Source: Patescibacteria group bacterium (GTDB lineage Bacteria; Patescibacteriota; Minisyncoccia; Phycocordibacterales; Phycocordibacteraceae). From it: DNA of 64,000 nucleotides. The notes under the pieces are model-generated. The model did not search any database, had not been told where the DNA came from, and saw only the letters and a list, made by a program, of their open reading frames with translations. The position numbers and the translations under genes were made by a program. Positions 54,868-63,000 of this stretch are shown here, one piece after another. The stretch spans positions 8,769 through 72,768 of the forward strand of contig JBBTSV010000009.1 in assembly GCA_038064595.1 (NCBI GenBank), in the 5' to 3' direction. The first letter of the stretch is position 1, and every line of letters begins with the position of its first letter.

Positions 54868-55467
54868 CTACCCCTGCCCCTTTGGCAAATCAAGGTGGAT
54901 GAAAGTGCGGCGGTGGATAGCTGATAGGCCGTATTTTTTAAGTGCTTCATAGTGCGCCGCGGTACCATACCCCTTGTGTTGCTCAAGGCCGTAGTGCGGA
55001 TACTCTTTTGCGAGCTCCACCATGAGTCTGTCGCGCGTCACCTTGGCCACTATTGAGGCGAGCGATATGAGCGGCACGAGCTCGTCGCCGTTAATAATCG
55101 TCTCTTGCGCATATTCACTCGGCGCGCGTAGCGCGCCGTCAAGTAGCACGTGCACCAACGCGCTGTCTGGTGCAAGTGCGCTCACGCCGCGCGCGAGCGC
55201 GCGGCGCACTGCAGTCGCTATCCCCTCCTCATCTATCGCTGCGGCACTCTCGATCTCAACACGAAACTGCGCGTCGCCTTTGGCGACGCGTTCTTCAAGC
55301 ATCGTAAAAAGTGCCTCGCGTTTCTTTTCTGAAAGCTTCTTCGAGTCCCGCACGCCCGGGAACTCCTTCGCGACGTCGAAGCCTTCTGGCACCATCACGA
55401 CCCCCACGGCCACCGGCCCTGCCAAGGGGCCCCTCCCCGCCTCATCTGCCCCCAGGAGAAACTGCAT
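54868..55467 (-). CDS. rnhB: Ribonuclease HII
   Basis: GADEAGRGPLAGP, DSKKLS, ASIVAKVTRD, HKGYGT. Confidence 0.97.
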   Translation of the reverse strand: MQFLLGADEAGRGPLAGPVAVGVVMVPEGFDVAKEFPGVRDSKKLSEKKREALFTMLEERVAKGDAQFRVEIESAAAIDEEGIATAVRRALARGVSALAPDSALVHVLLDGALRAPSEYAQETIINGDELVPLISLASIVAKVTRDRLMVELAKEYPHYGLEQHKGYGTAAHYEALKKYGLSAIHRRTFIHLDLPKGQG

Positions 55468-55473
55468 GAGAAA

Positions 55474-55483
55474 AGTATATACT
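55474..55483. promoter_or_regulatory. Palindromic double -10 box for divergent rnhB and dnaE
   Basis: agtatatact gives TATACT on both strands, 6 and 7 nt from the two ATGs. Confidence 0.7.
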
Positions 55484-55490
55484 GGAGCCT

Positions 55491-58004
55491 ATGGCCGCGC
55501 GATTTATTCATCTCCATACTCACAGCCACTACTCCTTCCTCCAGGCGCTGCCAAAAATTGATGAGCTCGTGGAGAAGGCGGTCGCAGAGGGGATGGACGC
55601 CCTCGCACTCACCGACGCTGGCAACATGCACGGCGCGATTGATTTCTACAAGGCCGCCACCAAGGCCGGGATTAAACCGATCCTTGGCGTCGATGCGTAC
55701 CTCGCTCCCCGCTCGCGCCACGATCGCGACCCACAGGTGGACAGCAAACGCTCGCGCATCGTGCTCCTTGCAGAAAATAATACGGGCTACACCAATCTCC
55801 TCGCGCTCGTGACACAATCGTGGACGGAGGGGTTCTATGAGCGCCCGCGCCTCGATAAAGAGCTCTTACGCGCGCATGCCACAGGCGTGATCGCGGTGAT
55901 CCCCTCATTTGCAGGCGATGTCGCCCAACACCTGCGCGCCGGCGACCCTGCCGGCGCGGCCGCTGCCATCGCAGAATATAAAACTATATTTGGTGTGGAG
56001 AATCTCTTTCTTGAGATCACGCACCACCCCAAGGTCGCTGGACACGAGGTACTGATGAAAAAAATAGTCGCGCTCGCGAGAGAAACGAAAACCCCGCTCC
56101 TCGCCCAGCACGATGTCTACTACCTCTCTCCCGACGATCGCGCGGCGACCGAGATCATGCGTCGTATCCAGCACGGCGAGCGCGGGAGAAATGAAGATGA
56201 AGACTTCTCCTTTATTAGTGACGCAACAGCGCGTTCTTTTTTCAAAGACCTCCCCGACGCGATCGAGAACTCTGGAAGAATCGCCGACCGCTGCAGCCTC
56301 TCTTTTGAGCTCGGCAAGTGGACCTTTCCTGCAGTACCCGTCTCACCCGGATTTGCCGACCATAATGAAGAGCTACGCGCCAAAGCATTTGCCGGGATCA
56401 GAGCACGCAGCCTTGAGGAGACGAAGGAGGTCGTCGACCGCATCGAGTACGAGTTGAAAATTATTATCGACAAAGGGTTCGCGGTGTACTACCTGATCGT
56501 CGCCGACCTCCTCGGCTTTGCGCGCCGCTCCGGTATTCTCACTACCACGCGAGGCTCCGCCGCAGGGAGCCTTGTCGCCTATCTCATTGGTGTGACCAAC
56601 GTGAACCCGCTTTTCTATAAACTCCCTTTTGAACGCTTCCTCAACCCCGAGCGCCCCAAGGCGCCAGACATCGACATGGACATAGCCGACAATCGTCGTG
56701 ACGAGATGATCGCCTATACCAAGCAGAAGTACGGCGAGGATCACGTCGCTCAGATCGGCACCTTCGGCACTATGATGGCGCGTGCCGCGGTGCGCGATGT
56801 CTCACGGGCGCTCGGTCACGCGTACGCGACCGGTGACCGGATCGCTAAACTCATCCCGATGGGCTCACAGGGATTCCCGATGACCATTGATCACGCTCTC
56901 GATCTTGAACCAGATTTGAAAGTGCTCTACGACGAAGACGACGACGCGCACGAGATTCTTGACCTCGCGAAACGTATTGAGGGGTGTGTACGTCACGTCG
57001 GCGTCCATGCGGCCGGTGTGGTGGTCGCCCCGACCCCTCTCATTAATTGGACACCCATCCAGCCCGACCCAAAGGGCACCGGCAAGCTCATCACTCAGTA
57101 CGACATGTACTCGATCACCGACGAGTATGGCGGGGTCGGACTGCTCAAATTCGACTTCCTCGGGATTAAGAACTTGGCGATTCTCGCCGACGCTGTCTTG
57201 CGGGTGAAAGAGACTCGCGGGATCGATGTTGATATCGAAAATGTCCCCATCGACGACACCAAGACGTATGAAATGCTGGCGCGCGGCGAGACTGAGGGCA
57301 CGTTTCAGTTAAACGGCTCAGGTATGACGCGCTGGCTTAAAGAGCTTCGCCCTTCGACTATCCACGACATCAACGCCATGGTTGCGCTCTACCGACCCGG
57401 ACCGATGGAAACAATCCCTCAGTATATTGAGCGTAAACATAGCCCAAAACTCATCCGCTTCGTTGACCCACGGATGAAAGACTATCTTGATTTCTCGTAC
57501 GGCTTGCTCGTGTATCAAGATGACGTGCTCCTTACCGCGATCACTCTTGCGGGCTACTCCTGGCTTGAGGCCGACCAGCTCCGCAAAGCGATGGGCAAAA
57601 AAATTCCAAAAGTGATGCGGGCTGAAAAAGAGAAGCTCCTCAAGGGGTTTATAGAATATGGAAAGCTCACTCCTGAAAAAGCTGAGAAACTCTGGTCGCT
57701 CATCGAGCCCTTTGCTGCCTACGGCTTTAACAAGGCACACGCCGCAAGCTATGGTAAGGTCGCCTACCAGACCGCGTATATGAAGGCAAATTACCCTGTC
57801 GAATATCTCTGCGCACTTCTCACTGCCGAGTCGGGCGACACCGAACAGGTCGCTGTTTTTGTCGGGGAAGCGAAGCGTATGGGTATCTCCGTCCTCCCGC
57901 CAGACGTCAACGAGAGCGGGAGCGACTTCACGGTGGTGCAGCGTGACTTGGGGGTCGGACCCCCAAGTTGGGGGAGGCCATCCGTTTCGGTTTGTCTTCT
58001 ATAA
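55491..58004 (+). CDS. dnaE: DNA polymerase III alpha, N-terminal part (PHP, palm, fingers); frameshifts near 57970
   Basis: HLHTHSHYS, RGSAAGS, PDIDMD, KFDFLG, FNKAHA; homology ends at SDFTVV. Confidence 0.93.
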   Translation: MAARFIHLHTHSHYSFLQALPKIDELVEKAVAEGMDALALTDAGNMHGAIDFYKAATKAGIKPILGVDAYLAPRSRHDRDPQVDSKRSRIVLLAENNTGYTNLLALVTQSWTEGFYERPRLDKELLRAHATGVIAVIPSFAGDVAQHLRAGDPAGAAAAIAEYKTIFGVENLFLEITHHPKVAGHEVLMKKIVALARETKTPLLAQHDVYYLSPDDRAATEIMRRIQHGERGRNEDEDFSFISDATARSFFKDLPDAIENSGRIADRCSLSFELGKWTFPAVPVSPGFADHNEELRAKAFAGIRARSLEETKEVVDRIEYELKIIIDKGFAVYYLIVADLLGFARRSGILTTTRGSAAGSLVAYLIGVTNVNPLFYKLPFERFLNPERPKAPDIDMDIADNRRDEMIAYTKQKYGEDHVAQIGTFGTMMARAAVRDVSRALGHAYATGDRIAKLIPMGSQGFPMTIDHALDLEPDLKVLYDEDDDAHEILDLAKRIEGCVRHVGVHAAGVVVAPTPLINWTPIQPDPKGTGKLITQYDMYSITDEYGGVGLLKFDFLGIKNLAILADAVLRVKETRGIDVDIENVPIDDTKTYEMLARGETEGTFQLNGSGMTRWLKELRPSTIHDINAMVALYRPGPMETIPQYIERKHSPKLIRFVDPRMKDYLDFSYGLLVYQDDVLLTAITLAGYSWLEADQLRKAMGKKIPKVMRAEKEKLLKGFIEYGKLTPEKAEKLWSLIEPFAAYGFNKAHAASYGKVAYQTAYMKANYPVEYLCALLTAESGDTEQVAVFVGEAKRMGISVLPPDVNESGSDFTVVQRDLGVGPPSWGRPSVSVCLL
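57946..57968. repeat. Family A palindrome at the dnaE frameshift
   Basis: acttgggggtc-g-gacccccaagt. Confidence 0.92.
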
Positions 58005-58699
58005 AAAATTTCGGCGAGGGGATCTCGGAAGCGATTATCGCCGAGCGTAAAGCGCACGGCTCCTACGCCTCGCTCTCCGACTTTCTCGCGCGTGTGGGCT
58101 CCAAAAATTTAAATCGTAAATCGCTCGAATCACTGATTAGGTGTGGTGCGCTCGACTCTCTCACCACCGCCACCCACAAACGCGGAACGCTTCTTGAGAA
58201 CATTGAGACCTTGCTTTCCTTCCATCGCGAGGCGACTGCGATCGCTCCTCAAGATTCGCTCTTCGGCACACTCATGGCACCACCACCACTCACGCTCCCC
58301 GAGGGTGCTGCGACGTCACTCACCGACAAACTTATGTGGGAGAAGGAACTCCTCGGGATCTACGTGAGCGGGCATCCGCTCGACGCACACGCGGCTCTCA
58401 CCCAGAAAGCAGTCCTCTCTATAGCAAAGATTAAAGAAGAAATGCAGCCGGGACTCCTCCTGATTCTCCCGGTCCTCCTCACCACCGTGCGCAGTATCCT
58501 CACCAAGAGCGGAGAGAAGATGGTCTTTCTCACGGTTGAAGATAAGAGTGGGTCCATTGAGGCGGTCGTCTTCCCGAGGCTCCTGAAGGAACATGCGCGC
58601 ATTCTCACCCCGGGCGCGTGCCTCCTGATTAAAGGCAAGGTCTCGGTGCGCAACGGCGAGCCCTCGCTCGCTATCGAGGAGCTGAAGCTGCTTTCCTAG
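57968..58699 (+). CDS. dnaE: DNA polymerase III alpha, C-terminal part (HhH, clamp-binding motif, OB) in the -1 frame
   Basis: AIRFGLSSIKNFG, QDSLF, EKELLGIYVSGHPL, OB fold. Confidence 0.9.
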   Translation: MGEAIRFGLSSIKNFGEGISEAIIAERKAHGSYASLSDFLARVGSKNLNRKSLESLIRCGALDSLTTATHKRGTLLENIETLLSFHREATAIAPQDSLFGTLMAPPPLTLPEGAATSLTDKLMWEKELLGIYVSGHPLDAHAALTQKAVLSIAKIKEEMQPGLLLILPVLLTTVRSILTKSGEKMVFLTVEDKSGSIEAVVFPRLLKEHARILTPGACLLIKGKVSVRNGEPSLAIEELKLLS

Positions 58700-58718
58700 T
58701 GTGGTATATTCTCGATAT

Positions 58719-59960
58719 ATGGATACCCCTGCCCCCAAAGAGAATGATCACAAAAAGCTCGGCCGCGAGCTCGACCTCTTCGCCTTCTCTGACGCGGTGG
58801 GCAAAGGACTCCCCCTCTTCACCCCCAAAGGTTCGGTGATCCGCCGTGAACTCGAGCGCTTTATCGTTGACGAAGAGATCCGCCGCGGTTACCTACATGT
58901 TTACACCCCTGATATTGCCAAGATCGATTTGTATAAAAAGAGTGGACACTACCCACACTACAAGGACTCTATGTATGCACCGATAGAGATCGACGACGAA
59001 CAATTCATGCTTCGCCCGATGACCTGCCCGCATCACTTTGAACTCTACCTTCGTAAACCAGTGAGCTACCGAGAGTTGCCGATGCGCATCGCCGAGCTCG
59101 CCCAACTCTATCGCTATGAACAGTCCGGTGAGCTTATGGGGCTCCAGAGAGTCCGCACCTTCTGCCTCGCTGATGCTCACATCATATGTGCAAACGACGA
59201 GCAGGCCGTGCAAGAAGTGGCCGGAGCGCTCGACCTCATCGAATACGTCGCCAGTGTGTTTGGTCTCGCCTACGGTACTGATTATCGTTATCGACTCTCA
59301 CTCGGGGATCGTACGAATACAGAAAAATATGTAAAAAATGACGCGGCGTGGGAAAAGAGTGAAGATCTTCTGCGTAAACTTCTCGTGCAACGTGGCAAAG
59401 ATTTTATCGAAGCAAAAGATGAGGCAGCGTTCTATGGTCCAAAGATTGATATCCAAATGAAGAATGTGAACGGCAAAGAGGATACTGCCTTCACAGTCCA
59501 ATATGACTTTCATTTCCCTGTTCAATTTGATCTCACCTATATGGGTGAAGATGGCGAGAAACACCGCGCCGTCGTCGTTCACCGTTCTTCAATTGGTGCT
59601 ATCGAACGTATCATGGCCTTCTTGATTGAGAAATATGCCGGTGCCTTCCCGCTCTGGCTCTCGCCGGTGCAGGTGAAGGTCCTCTCCATATCTGAAAAGC
59701 ATGCGGCGTATGCAAGGCAGGTGGTGGACGCGCTTAAGGGCGCGCGTATCCGCGCAGAACTCGACAACTCGAACGAGTCACTCGGAAAGAAGATCCGCAG
59801 CGGCAAAGAGGAGAAAGTTCCCTACCTCCTCGTCGTGGGCGATAAAGAAGCGGATACTCAAACAGTGTCCGTCGAAAGTCGTGACCACGGCAAGCTCGAG
59901 AGCTCTGCGATCGCCGCCTTCATCGCACGCGCGTCTGAAGAGATTACGCGCCGAGCGTAA
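58719..59960 (+). CDS. thrS: Threonine--tRNA ligase lacking the N-terminal TGS/editing domain
   Basis: DHKKLGRELDLF, RPMTCPHH, RYEQSG, AAFYGPKID, VHRS. Confidence 0.96.
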   Translation: MDTPAPKENDHKKLGRELDLFAFSDAVGKGLPLFTPKGSVIRRELERFIVDEEIRRGYLHVYTPDIAKIDLYKKSGHYPHYKDSMYAPIEIDDEQFMLRPMTCPHHFELYLRKPVSYRELPMRIAELAQLYRYEQSGELMGLQRVRTFCLADAHIICANDEQAVQEVAGALDLIEYVASVFGLAYGTDYRYRLSLGDRTNTEKYVKNDAAWEKSEDLLRKLLVQRGKDFIEAKDEAAFYGPKIDIQMKNVNGKEDTAFTVQYDFHFPVQFDLTYMGEDGEKHRAVVVHRSSIGAIERIMAFLIEKYAGAFPLWLSPVQVKVLSISEKHAAYARQVVDALKGARIRAELDNSNESLGKKIRSGKEEKVPYLLVVGDKEADTQTVSVESRDHGKLESSAIAAFIARASEEITRRA

Positions 59961-59973
59961 AAAATGATGGACA

Positions 59974-59996
59974 TGATGGACACGTAGTGTCCATCA
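59974..59996. repeat. Family G palindrome between convergent genes
   Basis: tgatggacac-gta-gtgtccatca, preceded by a partial tgatggaca duplicate. Confidence 0.85.
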
Positions 59997-60000
59997 AAAG

Positions 60001-63000
60001 TTAGGCTCCGAGGACGGCGAGGGCGCGGGCGAGGGCGAGCTTCGCACCGGTCACGCCCGTTGAATAACTTGAGTCAATCGCATTACTCAAAGAAGAGATA
60101 AGCTTCTCCAGGGTCGGAGTGTCGAGGCGAGCTGTGAGCCGCGCAATGTCGGGCGCACAGGGCGTGCCGTCAACACGCGCGCGGTACGCGTCATCGAGGA
60201 GACATGCGGTGGCCGAGAGAAGCTCTTCTGCAGCTCCTCCTCCCCGTACTTCTTGACGCAGCCCCGCGAAGACCGCCGTGCGATCACCCTCAATAAGCGC
60301 AGCGACAAAGCCGCGCACTGATGCCGGGGCCGCACTCTCTGGTACCAACGCTACTGCTGGGGTCTCCGCAACAACCGGCTCTACGTTCTCGTAGATCGGC
60401 TCTACATTTTCATATATTGGCTCAACATTCTGGTGTTCCTTCGCCGCCGCCGCGCTCGCATGACGACGAGAGAGACCTTTCACAATATCGTCGATCGAAA
60501 GCGATCCTCCTTCAGCAAACGACTTAAAGCCGTCATAGGTCGAGTAGGTACGAGGTGCGTCTGACGCGGGTGGAGGTGTGTGTTGAGGTTGAGGCGTTGG
60601 AGCCGGCGAAGCAGAGGCGGCAAGAGCCACGGTAGGAGCTGACTCAGATGAATTAAGAACGGTGTGAATCCGAGCACCAAACATGCGGAATTGGCGATTC
60701 GTAAAGGGTACTGCCCGGAAGAGAATAAGATAGGCAACCGCAAGCGCCCACATGATAAGCGCTAGCCAATAGAGCGTCGTTCCGAGGGGTCCGAGAGAGA
60801 GACCAGTCTGTGGAATCTGCGCGAGGTAGAGGTACGCAAGCGACTGTGCTTGTGGAAATACTGCAAGACTCACTGTGGGTGGCGGCGCACTGCCACCGCC
60901 ACCGCCACTAGGCGGCGGTTGCCCACAGTTTCCGCTACAACCACCGCCGCCACCCGACGAGTCAACAATGAGTGCTGTCGAACAGGTGACGGTTTGCCCG
61001 TTCGTCCCTGTGAACGTGCCCACATAGGTGTACGTCTGTGCGTTGGTCGGCGAAACTCTTGTCGAACTCGGGATAGTGGTGGTCGCGCCGATACCGTTAT
61101 CTATCGTTACACTTTGGACATTAGTGCCGCCCCACGAAAGGGTCGCGCTGCCACCGGTCGTATAGCGCGTTGGCGAGAGGCTCATCGTACAGGTCGGCGC
61201 GGGCGGAGTGGTCGTCACCGTGACAGTTGCCGAGCATACTGCTGATGCACCCGAGGCGCCGGTTACCGTACCGGTATACGTTGTCGTTGTAGTCGGAGTG
61301 GTCGATGTCGCACCTGACACTATCGAGGTCACTGCACCGATCCCTTGGTTAATCGAGAAGGCAGTAGCGTTGCTGGTATTCCACGAAAGAGTCGAGGTTG
61401 CACCCTGCTGAATTGCGGCCGGGGTCGCCGTGAGGGTACAGGTCGGTGCCGGAGGAGTAACTGAGACCGTCACCGTATCCGCACACGTCACAGTACCGCC
61501 CGGACCCGTTGCGGTGCCGCTATAGATGGTGGTCGCGGTTGGTGTGACCGAGCGAGAACCGCCCGCAAGAGGAGTCACTGATCCCACACCACGATCGATA
61601 GTGAATGAGGTGGTGTTGGTGGTGGTCCACGCGAGACTGGAGGCAGTGCCTTCGACAATCGTCTTGGGAGACGCGGTGAGGGTGCAGGTGGGGGCGGGGT
61701 GGTCAGTAACGGCCACGGTGTCAGCACAGGTATTGGTCAACCCATTTGCTCCGGTCACGGTGCCGGTGTACGTGGTCGTCACGCTCGGTGAGACCGAGCG
61801 GGAACCGCCAACAACGGGGGTCACAGAACCAATCCCCTGGCTGAGGGAGATGGATGTCGCATTGGTCGTCGTCCATGCAAGTGAAGAAGCTGCGCCGTTG
61901 AGTATGGATGCGGGAGACGCCGTGAGGGTACAGCTCGGGACCGGCACTGCCGTCACCGTCACGGTGGCGGTACATGGTGTGGAACCTCCCGGACCCGTTG
62001 CGGTGCCGCTATAGATGGTCGTCGTTGAGGGTGAGACCGAACGAGAGCCGGCAGCGACTGGCGTCACCGAACCAACGGCGTGATCAATGACAAATGAGGT
62101 GGCGTTGGTGGTAGTCCACTCAAGTGAAGATGCCGAACCGGTTTGAATGATGGAGGGAGATGCGGTGAGGGTGCAGGTGGGTGCGGGAGGGGGTGTCACC
62201 GTGATCGTTCTGCTGCAGGTATCTGAACCGCCTGCGCCCGTCACGGTGCCGGTGTACGTGGTCGTCACGCTCGGTGAGACCGAGCGAGAACCACCAATAA
62301 CGGGTGTCACGGAGCCAATCCCCTGATTGAGGGAGATGGATGTCGCATTTGCCGTGTCCCAGGAGAGGGTGGTTGAGGATCCGGCTTCAATGGAGAGCGC
62401 TGATGCAGTGAGTACGCACGTGGGAGGAGGAGGTGGAGGAAGTGGCGTCACCGTCACCGTATCCGCACACGTCACAGTACCGCCCGGACCCGTTGCGGTG
62501 CCGCTATAGATGGTGGTCGCGGTTGGTGTGACCGAGCGAGAACCGCCCGCAAGAGGAGTCACTGATCCCACACCACGATCGATAGTGAATGAGGTGGTGT
62601 TGGTGGTGGTCCACGCGAGACTGGAGGCAGTGCCTTCGACAATCGTCTTGGGAGACGCGGTGAGGGTGCAGGTGGGGGCGGGGTGGTCAGTAACGGCCAC
62701 GGTGTCAGCACAGGTATTGGTCAACCCATTTGCTCCGGTCACGGTGCCGGTGTACGTGGTCGTCACGCTCGGTGAGACCGAGCGGGAACCGCCAACAACG
62801 GGGGTCACAGAACCAATCCCCTGGCTGAGGGAGATGGATGTCGCATTGGTCGTCGTCCATGCAAGTGAAGAAGCTGCGCCGTTGAGTATGGATGCGGGAG
62901 ACGCCGTGAGGGTACAGCTCGGGACCGGCACTGCCGTCACCGTCACGGTGGCGGTACATGGTGTGGAACCTCCCGGACCCGTTGCGGTGCCGCTATAGAT

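Noticed and set aside
55491-58699. Intein-split dnaE as in cyanobacteria
   Set aside because: No intein N- or C-terminal motifs at the break; the two halves are directly contiguous.
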